Origin: Podarcis bocagei
Taxonomy: Eukaryota
Length of the DNA: 64,000 nt
Direction: 5' to 3' (one strand)
Assembly (NCBI GenBank): GCA_964188305.1
Contig: OZ076901.1
Positions 36,748-49,917 of this stretch are shown here, one piece after another (the stretch's first letter is position 1; each line of letters starts with the position of its first letter). The notes beneath the pieces were generated by a model. The model was not told the DNA's origin. It saw nothing but the letters and a program-made list of their open reading frames with translations, and searched no databases. A program made the translations under genes and the position numbers.

Positions 36748-37265
36748 GTGAATAGATTTCTATACACACAATCAGAGCAGCTTACGATTAAAGAAGGAAA
36801 GCAGAATGGCTTTTTTTGAATGTCACAGTAAACCATGGAATAGAGAACCAAATGCGGCCCCCCAGGCCTCTCTATCTGGCCCTTGGGACTCTCCCCCAAG
36901 GCCACACCTCCTCAGCAGCCCTACTTTGCAGCCTCCTGGAGTGTGTTTTTTGCCCGGTTGAAATGTCAGTGTGGACAATACTGAGCTAGACAAGGCAGCT
37001 TCCTGTGTTCCTGAATTAAACCTACACGATTTTCAGGAATGCAACTGGTGAGGACTTAAACACAAGAATGTCCCTCAAATCAGCTGAATTAAAAAATGAA
37101 ACGAAAAAACCTTGTCAGTCATCAACACTGTTCGGCGTCAAATAAGCAGCCTGCAACTTTTCTCACTGCTGCTAGGTACAAAGGCGTTGCTATCAGGTGG
37201 GTCTACATTGCCCAAGAAACAGCTTAAATTCGCCCCTCTCCATCACATTTTTATGTTAAACAATA

Positions 37266-37595
37266 CAGTGGTGCCTCACAAGACGAAAAGAATCCATTCT
37301 GTGATTCTCTTCGTCTAGCGGTTTTTTCGTCTTGCGAAGCAAGCCCATTGACGGATTAGCGGATTAGCGCTATTAGTGGCTTTTAGCGGCTTATCGGATC
37401 AGCTGATAAGCGGCTTAGCGGCTTAGAAAAAGGGAGGGGAAAGGGGAAAAAAACCCGCAGGAACTCGCAAGACATTTTCGTCTTGCGAAGCAAGCCCATA
37501 GGAGATTCGTTTTGCGAAGCACCTCCAAAACGGAAAACTCTTTCGTCTAGCGAGTTTTCCGTCTTGCGAGGCATTCGTCTTGCGGGGCACCACTG
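37266..37595. mobile_element. Tc1/mariner MITE with internal (TTAGCGG)n
   Basis: TA-CAGTGGTGCCTCACAAGACGAA...TTCGTCTTGCGGGGCACCACTG-TA. Confidence 0.85.
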
Positions 37596-39350
37596 TAACT
37601 TCAACATAACATACATAATCTAGAGAAGCTTATTTGAGTGCTTCTGTTTGCCCAATAACAATCAAAAGTTACCTGTTGGTAGCAATAACATGTTTCTAAC
37701 ACAAAGCTTACTAATAGCTCAACTGTCAAAAAATCCTTTCCATACACAAGTTTGGGATTTTGGAGGAAGAAATGGGTTCTGACCCCCATTGACTAATGAA
37801 CACTCTCTCTTCTATTTATCCCCCTGGCAGCTCTTCTGTGCTTTGTCAAACAGTCTGCAGGGGCCATCATCCACACAAGGCTGACCCAATCTATCAAAAT
37901 GTATCTCAGATTTTGTCTTCCAGTGTTCGAAGCGTCAAAAATCGCCTGCTTGGCCAGAAATGCTGGAAAAGCTACAAGGAATCTCCCCCTATGTGAGTTG
38001 CATGAATGGCAACGCAGGATACAGTGCACAATGTATTTGATATGGCCTGATTGCTACCACCATGGGAAGGGTTCAAGTTGTATGAATGTAAGGGCCTCCT
38101 GGATCAGGCCAAAGGGGGCTCATTTAGTCCAGGATCCAGATCTCAGTGGCCAACCAGGTGCCCCCAATGAGAAGCTCGCAAGCAGGACCCGGGTGCAACG
38201 TTTTCTTCCTCCCCAGACCCCAAACTCTGCAACTGCTTGCCTGCTGATTTCAGCCTGCTGCTGAGCTCCGAGGAAGAGCCCGCAAGCCCCCCCCCCAGCA
38301 GGATTCCGCCTCCAGCTTGCAGAGAAGGAGAGAGAGAGAGAATCTGCTCATTTGGTAAGTTTTACAAAAAGCTCCCCCTCGCTGCCGCCACCCCTCCCCA
38401 TCTCAGCGCACGGATTTCCACATTTAGCAGAACGCTTCCCTAAGGCAACATAACTTTTTGCAGAGTCCCCCCCCTCCCTTCCCACCTGCCCCATATTTTC
38501 TCAAAATATATTTAAACCCCTTGCAGGGAGCAGATGCCAAAGCAAGATGCCCACATTTTATCTAATTTAAGGAGTGGAATGGAGGAGTGGGGAGGGGGGA
38601 GAAAGCCAACAGATTCCTACTTTGGCACGCATGGCACCCCTGAGTAATATCATGGAAGCGCATGGAAAAGGGGTCGCAAAATAATAATCATACAGAAAAT
38701 AAATCAAGGATGGCACGATACAGAAAAGAGAACGTTGCCTCTTTGTATGAGTTACTGTTCTGAAGGTGTCTCCCCAATACAGAAACATAGGAAGTTAGGG
38801 TCCAACCATGTGAAGACCCACTGAAATCACTGGTCGTGACTAATACAGGTCCATTTATTTCAGTGGGTCTACTCTGGTGCAACCCAGGTGTTCATCTGAG
38901 GAGGGGAAATTCTCCACATGCTTTGGAACAAAACCAGCTTGGCTGAAAGTGGTGAAGTGTGTCTCTGGTTTTAGTTTAGATAACAAAGGGTGCGTCTAAG
39001 CCTGTTGGGAATTTCAGCAACACTCCTCTGGACACTCAAGGGTTAAAGCCCCTGCTTCGCATGCAGAAGGTCTCCTGAAAGCCTCTCCAGCTAAAATGAA
39101 GATTAGGCGACCTTCCTCTGTTTGGAACCCCAGAGAGCTGCTGCCAGTCAGTGTAGACAACACACAGCTAGCTGGACGCAGCGTAAGAGGTAGCTGAGTG
39201 GAAGAGCACCTACTTTGCATGAAGAAGGTAGGTATGTTTAAAGCACTCTGGTTACGCCACTTTAACAGTCATGGCTTCCCCCAAGGAATCCTGGGGACGG
39301 CGGTTCATTAAGCTCACAGCACCACAATTCCCAGGACTCAAAACAAACGA

Positions 39351-39592
39351 CAGTGGTACCTCGGATTAAGTACTTAATTCGTTCCGGAGGTCCGTTCTTA
39401 ACCTGAAACTGTTCTTAACCTGAAGCACCACTTTAGCTAATGGGGCCTCCTGCTGCTGCTGCACCGCCGGAGTACGATTTCTGTTCTCATCCTGAAGCAA
39501 AGTTCTTAACCCGAAGTACTATTTCTGGGTTAGCGGAGTCTGTAACCTGAAGCGTATGTAACCTGAAGCGTATGTAACCTGAGGTATCACTG
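39351..39592. mobile_element. Tc1/mariner MITE, same family, opposite orientation
   Basis: Reverse complement of the 43068 copy with an extra internal TGTAACCTGAAGCGTA unit. Confidence 0.85.
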
Positions 39593-40214
39593 TACAGTTT
39601 CCAGGGTTCTCTGTGAATTTTAAAGTGGAGTGCTTTAAAATGGATGGTATGTAATGGGCAAAGTTCGCAGGCTTGGGCCTCGTCTACCTGACCACACATT
39701 TTTTGATCGAGAATCTCAAAACAGAAGAATTAGGGGGGTTGCACTGCAGGGGGCTGGACTACATGACCCTTGGGGTTCCCTTCCAACTCTAGAATTCTAT
39801 CATTTCAGACAACTAATGGCAGACCTAGATTTCCAGGTGCCACGGGAGACGGATCACGTGCGCCGTTTGATCTGGAGCTGAAATGCTTTTGCAAAGTACA
39901 CAGGGCTGGTGACATAGCTCCAGAGAGAGGCCTTCTCAGTAGGCACCCACATTGTGCCTACTGATCAAGAGAAATAAACAAGCCCCATATGCACTAATGG
40001 AGTAATTAGCAGCAGCGTCAAGAAAGCTGGGTTTATATTTTCAAAAGGCAACAGGGCGGTGGGTGGGGAAGAGCGAGGAAATCCGGGCCGTTTTCCAAAA
40101 CCTTCCAAGGAGAGTTTGCGGCTCGCTCTTTTCCGAGGAAAAGCGCAAAGCTAGACTATGGAGCTCGCAACTGTGGGGGGCAGCAAGGACCACCACCATG
40201 GATGGCTTTAAGAG

Positions 40215-40563
40215 GTAAAGGGACCCCTGACCATTAGGTCCAGTCGCGGACGACTCTGGGGTTGTGGCACTCATCTCGCTTTACTGGCCGAGGGAGCCGG
40301 CGTACAGCTTCCGGGTCATGTGACCAGAATGACTAAGCTGCTTCTGGCGAACCAGAGCAGCGCACGGAAACGCCATTTACCTTCCCGCCGGAGCGGTACC
40401 TATTTATCTACTTGCACTTTGAGGTGCTTCTGAACTGCTAGGTTGGCAGGAGCAGGGACCGAGCAACGGGAGCTCACTCCGTCGCGGGGATTCGAACTGC
40501 CGACCTTCTGATTGGCAAGCCTAAGAGGCTCTGTGGTTTAACCCACAGCGCCACCCGCGTCCC
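40215..40563 (-). mobile_element. Sauria SINE inserted in a CR1-type fragment
   Basis: 11-bp TSD GGCTTTAAGAG at 40204-40214 and 40564-40574. Confidence 0.88.
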
Positions 40564-41134
40564 GGCTTTAAGAGAGGACTAGACAAATTCAAGCTGTCAA
40601 TAGCTACTAAGCATGGCAGCTATGCTCAGTCTTCACGGTCAGAAGCAGCAATTTCTCAATACTGGAAACCACAGGAGGGGCGACTTGTTCTTGGGCCCGG
40701 ATCCTGCTTGTGGGTTTCCCAGAAGTGGCACCTGGCTGGCCACTGTGAGAACAGGATGATGGGCCTTTGGCCTGATCCAGCAGGGCTCTTTTTGCATTCT
40801 TGAAATTGCTATGGGCCAGACCTTCTAAAACATCTAAAAATGGACTGATAAGGAATGGATTTGCCATGTGCTCCAAACATGCAACTTACCCCTCCCCACC
40901 CTCCTCCTTCTTCTTTTACCTGGCAAGACAGATGGAGAGCTGACAGAAACATTTCTTAAGCAACAACAACACGCCTCTTGGGAAGGGATGGCGTATAAAG
41001 ATGCTGATGCAAGCTAATGGCCCAGATCCAAGAACAGCAGCAGCCGGCGTCTTCCAAGAAAGATGAGCCAACACAAAGCACCTTGTTTACAGTCAATCGT
41101 GGCTTTGAAAAGGAATTCCCGAAGAAGTGCCTCA

Positions 41135-41510
41135 TAGAATCCTAGGGTTTGAAGGGACCCCCTGAGTCATCTAGTCCAACCCCTGGCCATGCAAGAATCA
41201 CAGCTAAAGAATCCCTGGCAGGTGGCCGTCCAACCTGTTTAAAAACAGCCTTTGAAGAAGAGTCCATCACCTTCTTTACTATCACACGGTTCTTCCTAAT
41301 GTTTAGTCGGAATCTCCTTTCTTGTTATTTGGATCCCTTGGTTTGGATCCTTCCCTCTGGAGCAGCAGAAAGCGAGCTTGCTCCATCTCCCATGTGACAG
41401 GCCTTCTGATGTTTGGCTCTCATGTCACCTCTCAGTCTCCTCTTCTCCAAGCTGAACATACCCAGCTCCCTCAACCATCCCTACCAAGGCTTGCTTTCCA
41501 GACCCTTCAA
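41135..41510 (-). mobile_element. CR1 LINE 3' fragment
   Basis: Reverse complement of the CR1 end (CATAGAATC...GTCATCTAGTCCAACCCC...CCCAGCTCCCTCAACC). Confidence 0.75.
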
Positions 41511-43067
41511 TGAGTTCAACAGGGTTGGCTTATTTCAAAAAGTGAAAACCCGGACACAAAAGTTGCAAAAGTAATCTGCAAAAAAATCAACACTTGCTTT
41601 CCTGGACATTTTTTGTTTCCAAGACATTTGTTTCTGATGGACAAATCCCAGATATGTCCAGGAAATTCTAGACATATGACAGCCCTAAGTTAGACCTCTT
41701 AGACTCATGTTCCCTTTTCAGCTGGCACCAATCAACTATGGCCCTCCAGTTCACTCTGTCTGGCCCTTGAAACTCTCCCCAAGCCACGCCCTTCTCCAGC
41801 CCCGTTCTGCATCCTGTGCATTTTTACCTGGCTGCCGATGTGTCCCCGAACCGTGACGGACCTCCATTCTCAGTTCGCTCACCATGAGCTCTGACAAGGC
41901 CGCACCTCATTTCAATCCTTTGCAGCCGTGGTTCATTTATTAAGCTTGCAATTCTATCCTGCTGTTTCTGCAACAGGGAGAGCACTTGCCAGCCGAGATT
42001 CTGCCAAGCCTGCCTGCCTGCCTGCCTGCAGAGATTCCTGGACACACCCAAGCCCCAGACCACCGCTCCAGCTTGGATGCTTGAAGGAAGACAATACAGT
42101 CAGGAACACTATAGATGCACAGAAGATGCTCCCACTCTCATCCTCACACACTGGGTGGAGCAAGAAAGTGACAAGTACATTAACTGTAACCCCATAGTCT
42201 CTGAAATACGTTATCTCTCTTTCAGAAATTGAATGTGCAGGGTGAAGAAATACACTTTGCCCCCTGTTATTGCCTGGTGCCACCAGCTGGTGTGGGCACG
42301 TCCTTGGGGCCGTCAGAGCTCCAGGGCTTAGCGCTGCAACTCCTGAAACAATGTAAGTGATACATCATCCCACTGCCATCCCAAAATATCCACAAAGCCG
42401 ACCAGCGACAATCCTCATTTACGTGTTGTTGGAATGTACGGCTTTGAGTGAGGATGTTTCCATGCAGCACGATGAAGGCAGAGCCCGTGATTTGCAGAAG
42501 GGAAGTTACAAAGCTGCTAACGGCTGGAGATGAAAGGCTGCTTTCAAGGCTGAGCCACTTTCGTTTGGAGAGCAGATGGAGGGGAGCGCTGCTCTCCTGC
42601 CCAAGCAGAAGGCTGCAAAGGAGAACTAAGATGGAAAAAGAACTGTGCTTAAGAATAAAGGAGCAGCTTGCAGGGATCGAACCATGCAACCTGGCACTGG
42701 GGATAAGAGCTTCACTGATGCTCAGGAAATTGAGGTGGTGCTCCAGAAACCTGCTAAAGGGAAAGAAACTACAGGAAGGCAGCAGCTGGAGGGAACGACT
42801 CATGGTTTCAGTTGTCTCTACAAAAATGCACAGAGTATGGGAAACAAACAAGATGAATTTGAGCTCTTAGCACAGGATGGCAAATACGACCTGGTAGGCA
42901 TTACTGAAACCTGGTGGGATGAGACTCATGACTGGAATGTAGGAATGGAGGGGTATAACCTGTTCAAAAGGAATAGACCAAACAGGAAGGGAGGAGGAGT
43001 GGTGTTGTATATAATGCATGTGTACACTTGTGAAGAAATACATGACCTGGAGCATGAAAAGGAGATA

Positions 43068-43279
43068 CAGTGGCACCTCGGGTTACATACGCTTCAGGTT
43101 ACAGACTCTGCTAACCCAGAAATATTACCTCAGGTTAAGAACTTTGCTTCAGGATGAGAACAGAAACCGCGTGGCGGCAGGAGGCCCCATTAGCTAAAGT
43201 GGTGCTTCAGGTTAAGAACAGTTTCACGTTAAGAACGGACGTCCAGAACGAATTAAGTACTTAACCCGAGGTACCACTG
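43068..43279. mobile_element. Tc1/mariner (Tigger-like) MITE
   Basis: TIR CAGTGG(T/C)ACCTCGGGTTA...TAACCCGAGGTACCACTG; TA TSD. Confidence 0.88.
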
Positions 43280-43916
43280 TATATGGGTAAAAATTGTAGG
43301 AGAGAAAAACAACAGTGACTTTACTGTGGGTGTCTGCTATAGACTGCCAAGCCAGACTGAAGACTTGGATGATGCCTTATGAGAGCAGATTACCAAACAC
43401 TAAAAAAAGGAGAGAAATAGCAATCATGGGGGACTTCAACTTCCCCAGTATCTGTTGGGACTCAAAGTCTGCCAAGAGTGTAAGGTCTCACAAATTCCTC
43501 CACTGCATCACTGACAATTTCATTTCCCAGAAGCTGGAAAAACCAACAAGGGGAATCATCTATTTTGGACCTGGTCCTCACCAATAGGGAGGAACTGACT
43601 GATGAAGTGCTCAGAAACTTGGGAGGAAGTGACTGTGTTCTCCTGGGTTTCAAGATACAGAGGCAAGAGAAACACGCACTCTGGACTTTAAGAAGGCCAG
43701 TTTAGAAAAGCTGAAGAAGCTCCTGGGTGTGATCCCGTGGTCAGAAATATTCAGTGAGAAGGGAGTCCAAGAAGGATGGGAGTTTCTGCAAGGAGAAATA
43801 TTAAAGGTCCAAATGCAGATAATACCAATGAGAAAGAAAAGTGGGAGGCATCTAAGGAAACCGGTGTGGCTGCATAAGGAGCTTATAAATGACCTGAGAG
43901 TTAAGGAAGGCATGTA

Positions 43917-44142
43917 TAGTGGTACGTCGGGTTACATACGCTTCAGGTTACAGACTCTGCTAACCCAGAAATATTACCTTGGGTTAAGAACTTTGCTTCA
44001 GGATGAGAACAGACATCGTGCTCCGGCGGCGCAGCAGCAGCAGGAGGCCCCATTAGCTAAAGTGGTGCTTCAGGTTAAGAACAGTTTCACATTAAGAACG
44101 GAGCTCCGGAACAAATTAAGTACTTAACCCGAGGTACCACTA
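43917..44142. mobile_element. Tc1/mariner MITE, same family
   Basis: TIR TAGTGGTAC...GTACCACTA; TA TSD; excision restores CR1 codons ATG TAT AAG AAA TGG. Confidence 0.88.
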
Positions 44143-44249
44143 TATAAGAAATGGAAGAAAGGGGAAGTATACATGAGTAGCCAACAGTTGCAGGGAGAAA
44201 GTCAGGCTGGCTAAAGCTCAGAAGGAGCACCCTTCCAACTCTAAGATTT

Positions 44250-44495
44250 AATAATAACAATAATAATAATAATAAAGTAATTTATTATTTATACCCCGCC
44301 CAGCTGGCTGGGCTTCCCCAGCCACTCTGGGCAGCTTCCAAGAAAATATTAAAATACCGTAAAACATCAAACATTAAAAGCTTCCCTAAACAGGGCTGCC
44401 TTCAGATGTCTTCTAAAAGTCTGATAGTTGTTGTTATCTTTGACATCTGATGGGAGGGCGTTCCACGGGGCGGGCGCCACTACTGAGAAGGCCCT
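44250..44495 (-). mobile_element. L2 3' end
   Basis: Same family; further fragments at about 51410-51760 (+), 60080-60370 (+) and 61780-61897 (-). Confidence 0.8.
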
Positions 44496-44681
44496 CTATC
44501 ATTCCATGAACCATTCGATGTGAACAGAGATGCACTGGGTGGAGGGGGGGTAAAGAGGAAGTGTGGGAGGGGTCCTATAGGATTTGGGGGGACAATCCCC
44601 ATCCCAAAATGCAAAGCCACTTCAAGTCCTCCAGTTAAGACAGGGATGGTGATTAGCGTTGGTGCAGAGGTCACTCTAAGC

Positions 44682-44804
44682 TAAGGTTACCAGATTTTTT
44701 TCAACGAATCTGGGGACACTTTTCAACTTTAATGGGTTTTGTATGGGGACTGATTTGTAAATCCAGGGACTGCCCCTGGGAAACGGGGACGTCTGGTAAC
44801 CTTA
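44682..44804. mobile_element. hAT MITE, 123 bp
   Basis: TIR TAAGGTTACCAGA / TCTGGTAACCTTA; perfect 8-bp TSD CTCTAAGC (44674-44681, 44805-44812). Confidence 0.88.
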
Positions 44805-46849
44805 CTCTAAGCCGGCCTACTCAAGCTGGTGCCTTCCAGATGTTTGGGAGTTGTAGTCCAAAACATCTGGCGGGCACCAGATTTCATTTATTTATTCATT
44901 CATTGAATTTATATACCGCCCTAAACCCAGAGGTCTCAGGGCGGGTCACAGAATAAAATCAAAATATAAAGCCACAAAATACATAATAAAAATAACAACA
45001 ACAACCCAATAACCCCCCAAAAACACAGTTTAAAAGGGCTGTGCTTTTGGGGGGGAGTGTTATAAGCATCTCCACTGGTCTTCCAAAGTGACAGCTCTGT
45101 TTTACAGCGGCTCAGCACTCCCTCTTCATCCTCTGCGCATGGGAAGTTTATTGCATTTAAGCTGCGACTCCTGCACTGCAGAGGGTTGGACTAGATGACG
45201 CTTTGGGTGTCCCTTGCAACTCTACACGATTCCCTGTGTGTAAGAAGAAGGGGGAGGCTATGCACTCTCCTTGGGGGTGGGGAGGTGGGCCCAGGCTAGC
45301 CTATCTGCCTGCTCCCTGGCGCTGCCAAAGCCAGGATCCTTCCTCCCTCCTCCCTGGAAGGCCAGTTCCTGGAGAGACTGACCCTCCCATGTAATTGCAG
45401 CAGATTCCCCCAGGAACCGGGATAAATGAACTTAAAAACAAAACTGGGCGGGCATTAATGTAAGTCATTACCACCAACCACATCTGTCAGAACAAATTCC
45501 GGTAATTCACTAATGGACTATGCAAAGCTTCCCTCTCTCTCTCTCCCCCACTCTTACCCATTTCAGCTTTTTCACAGCCTTGCAAAGCTCTGAGCCAGAG
45601 AAATCTGCTGGAAAGGAACCACCGTTGAGGAGCTCTATAGGGACACCCACCCACATAAAAAAATAGATTTGTAATTAAGAATAATTCAAAGGAAACGGGG
45701 CGGGGGGAGGCACTGAGGCCTTCGTTAAGACAAACTAAGAAGAGAGAAAGGTTTAAAGGAGGCTTAAAAAAAGGAAAATATTCTTATCAGAATGAATGTT
45801 AATCAAAAGAAGGCATGGGGAGGCGTTAAGGATGCTATCGTGAGAATGATGGGAAAATGTCAGCCTGCCATTAGGAATGAGAGATATTCTGCGCAAATAG
45901 ACACAATTTTGCCCTCTGCTTTTAATTAAAATATAAATATGCATGTATAGAGATAGAGGCATTGACACACACACACACAGCCTAAACCTCATAGGGGCAG
46001 TAATAATAATAGCAATAATTAAATTTATTGCCCGCCATTCACCAGCAGGCCCCAGGATGGGTTACAAAAATCTAAATGTAATTAACTTTTCATTAAAAAA
46101 ATAATTGGTATACTAATTCTGTGAAATAAAATTTAAGTTTAACTTGCAAAATAAATCTGCTAAGGTGCATCCAATAATATTCAAACAAGAATGTCAACGC
46201 AGGCACAGATGCCTCAGTAACCAGCACATACCCAGAGCCCAGAAGAAGTTGGACTCATCCATTATGCCGCACCAGCAGAAATAAACACTGAAAACAGCCT
46301 TTCCAGAGCATTTCACCTAAGTCATGCCTCCTTCCAACCACTCCTTCCCTGCAGAATCAGATGCTTCCAAAACAAAACATCCTGCCTAAGGCAATTCTCA
46401 TCCTCCAGGGAGGGGGAGATCAGGTTTAGAAGCTCACTTAGAAAGGTGCTAAATGGCTGGCCTTTGCCCCTCCCTCACTGTGATTAGCAAAACAGGAACA
46501 AATTAAGCATCTCAGCAGAGTTATGCAAAACAAAGTAGGCGCATTTGCTCAATGACTAAGGATCTCAAAATCCAGCTTTTACTGATTTGCTTCTCTCTCT
46601 CTTTTTAAATTAAAGCATGGAGTAAACAACTATCTTCTAAGGATCGGAAACTTACTTTTTTCTCTTGTTTTGGTTGGGTTTTTTTAAAAAACAAACATGA
46701 AGGCACTGTCAGACTGACATCAGATTCCACGCTTGGGCAAGAGGCAGCAGAGGCAAGTGGTACATACATTTCAAGGGAGAATAGTAATAAGATCTGGATG
46801 CTGGAACTTTTTTTTTAAATAGCCAAGAGCCATCCTCACCAGGGGAAGG

Positions 46850-47420
46850 AACATAGGAAGCCTACCTTATTGGTCCACCAGGCTCAGGACTGTCTGAACT
46901 GACTGAAAATAAACAAAGATTCTAGTCCTCATGGCTCTGAATAAAGGACTGAAATAGGAACCCAGGAAGCCCCCTAAGGGTTCTGAATTAAGGACTGATT
47001 TAAACAGGCAGTTGTCCTACGCTGAGTCGGCCCTCGGGTCCATCTAGCTCAGTATTGTCAGCATTAACTGGGAGCTCTCCAGAATCTGAAACAGGGTTCT
47101 GCCCCAGCCCTACCTTGAGATGCCGTTGGGGATTCAACTTGGAACCTTCTGCATGCAAAGGTGATGTTCTGCCACTGTGCTGCAGCCCTTTCCCTAGAAT
47201 CATGATGCTAGTCCTCATGATTCGAAATAAAGAGGTGGTTTAAAGAGGAGCAGAGGAAGCTGTTTTCTGCTGAGTCAAACCACTGGGCCATCTAGCTCAG
47301 TACTGCCTTCCCTGGCTGGCAGCAGATCGCCAGGGTTTCAAGGAGGGACATTCCGAGCCCTACTTGGAGATGCTGTTGGGGACTGAACCCAGAACGCCCT
47401 GCATGCAAAGGGAGAGTTCC
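46850..47420 (-). mobile_element. Tandem array of tRNA-Ala-derived SINE units
   Basis: Two near-complete units plus partial units; linkers at about 46915-46960 and 47195-47250. Confidence 0.7.
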
Positions 47421-48431
47421 CCGACATCCAGCTGCGAATCCTTTCCTCCGTGCAGGGAGTGAGCACCGTGACCTCACCACACCGCAAGCAGAACGTTCCT
47501 AAAGACACAAGTCATCCTGCCAAAGCTTCAAGGAACATTCGCCTTATTGCACCCTTTCCAAGTTACAAAAAGCAAAGCAAGAAAGAAATTCAATGGGGAA
47601 GCAGCTGGAGAAGAATGTGTGTGTTCTGCAGTTCCAACAGCAGCCCTTCTTGCTTTCCTACACTTAATTTATTTTTTATATAGAAGAGTTTATTTTGGTT
47701 CAAGCCACCGGAGCATCAAAAATAGCAAAGCACCAGGGTGATTCAAAACTCTGCACAGAGAGAGAGCGAGAGAGAGAGAGAAGGGGAGAGAGAGAAGGGG
47801 GGGGGGGAGAAAGAGAAGCACCTTGGCCATCTGGGAGAGAACAGGCAGGATAGGACGGCAGCTTCATTTAGTGATCTTCCTAGTTGAGCGAGCGATTTAG
47901 AAGTGCCAAACTGGACTTCTTTTATCAGAGCTCTTAAAAGCTACATTGCAATCTGGCAAGTGGAGACTCCTCATCCAGTGGGAGCCCTTTGCAGACTCTG
48001 CAGGCAGGACCGAGGGTGGGTGGGTTGGAGGCAGAAATGCCATAAGGATAAAGGAATTTGGGGCAAAGTGCAGCCAGACTCCTGTGCATGGGAGGTGCCG
48101 GTGAAACCTACACTCTGTTTATTTACGTATTCCATAAAATTTAGAGCCCATTGGCAGAATACCTGATCTGCATGAAGATGATCCTGGGTTCAAACTTAGG
48201 AAGGGTCGAGGGCAATCTCTGACACCCCGAGTCACTGCCAGCTAGTGTGGGCAAAGCTAAGTTTGATGGAACAATGGTCTGTCTCGGTAGAAGGTGCTGC
48301 CTCCTCAGCTCCAAGCTTGCACACCTCCCTCTGTCAACACCAGGGTTCCAGTAACTAATGAACAAGGTGTACCCTGTAAGGCTGAGGTCTGCCACACCTG
48401 GTCTAAACAATGCGCATTTGCTGTGGGTTTA

Positions 48432-48768
48432 AAGGTAAAGGGACCCCTGACCATCAGGTCCAGTCGCAGACAACTCTGGGGTTGCAGTGCTCATCTCGCT
48501 TTACTGGCCGAGGGAGCCGCCGTTTGTCCACAGACAGCTTCCGAGTCATGTGGCCAGAATGACTAAGCCCACGGAAAAGCTGTTTACCTTCCTGCTGGAG
48601 CAGTACCTATTTATCTACTTGCACATGACGTGCTTTCAAACTGCTAGGTTGGCAGGAGCAGGGACTGAGCAACGGGAGCTCACCCCGTCGCAGGGATTCG
48701 AACTGCCAACCTTCTGATCGGCAAGCCCTAAGCTCTGTGGTTTAGACCACAGCGCCACCCGAATCCCA
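48432..48768 (-). mobile_element. Sauria SINE
   Basis: 14-bp TSD TTGCTGTGGGTTTA at 48418-48431 and 48769-48782. Confidence 0.88.
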
Positions 48769-49658
48769 TTGCTGTGGGTTTACGATCAAGCAAATAAATA
48801 CGTATTGCCATTAGGGAGGCTTGCCCTGGAACGCCACTCCAAGGAAGTCTTGCAAGGATGCCATTTCTCTCCCCTCCACTGGCTGGAAGCTCACCTCCTC
48901 TGACATGAACTGCCAACCGAAAGGAATGCCAAGGGCATAACCAGATTTGTCTGCACCCACCCTCTATTACCCTTGCCCTGCCCGTGATTTGGGGCTTGGA
49001 ATACACAAAATACGATGAAAATCTAATAAAGCAAATGTTAAAGAGCGTGGTGACCAGGCGCTCTTCGTCCTTATGAACTGGCAGTCGTAAGAATCAAACA
49101 GGGAAGAATATAATAGGATCAGTTTGTACCAGCCTTTGCAGAACTAATGCTCTCTGGGTGTTTTGGACTGCAACTCCCATCAGCCCCAGACAGCACTGGT
49201 CAGAATAAGCAAATAAATAGAAGGGGGGACCCTCAAGCCTGGGCCTCTTTAGGTGGCCCTCGGGAATCTCCCCAGACCACGCCTCCTTTCTCAAGACCAC
49301 ACCCCTCCCTGGTCACATCCTCCCATGACTGCTTCTGCCTGGCTGGGAAAAGTGTCCTTGAACTATGGTCATGCCTCCTGGGTGGAGAATAGAGAGAGGA
49401 GGGTGTACAGAATCTGCACCCGCTGCTTCCCCCAGAAGGTTGCTCAGGAAGGAATGTGGCTCTTGGGATGGAGAAAAAAAAAGAATTCTCAACTCCTGAA
49501 CTACTGGGTTGCAGTGGGTCAAAGCCACAGCACGATCACTGTACAAATAAACAATTAACAAAAAAAGTGGGTCCCCAAAATGCTTTTTGGGCTAAAGGTG
49601 GAACCTCAGGTCTCAATTGCTGAAAATTGCTATTTAAGTTCTTGTGCTCTGATATATA

Positions 49659-49917
49659 CCATATTTTTAGCTCTATAAGACTCACTTTTTCCCTCCTAAA
49701 AAGTAAGGGGAAATGTGTGTGCGTCTTATGGGGCGAATGCAGGCTGCACAGCTATCCCAGAAGCCAGAACAGCAAGAGGGATTGCTGCTTTCACTGCGTA
49801 GTGATCCCTCTTGCTGTTCTGGCTTCTGAGATTCAGAATATTTTTTTTCTTTTTTTCCTCCTCCAAAAACTAGGTGCGTCTTCTGGTCTGGTGCGTCTTA
49901 TAGAGCGAAAAATACGG
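49659..49917. mobile_element. Tc2/pogo-like MITE, second copy
   Basis: Highly similar to 12282-12539; TA TSD. Confidence 0.82.

Larger units (their letters stand above)
42640..44248 (+). mobile_element. CR1 LINE, ORF2 endonuclease region, interrupted by two MITEs and lacking the RT domain
   Basis: CLYKNAQSMGNKQDEFE...DLVGITETWWD...GYNLFKRNR...GGGVVLY; IMGDFNFPSICW (APE endonuclease); then joins directly to CCCTTCCAACTCTAAGATT tail. Confidence 0.88.

Noticed and set aside
37340-37430. (TTAGCGG)n as an interstitial telomeric repeat
   Set aside because: Not TTAGGG and lies inside a TIR-bounded MITE.
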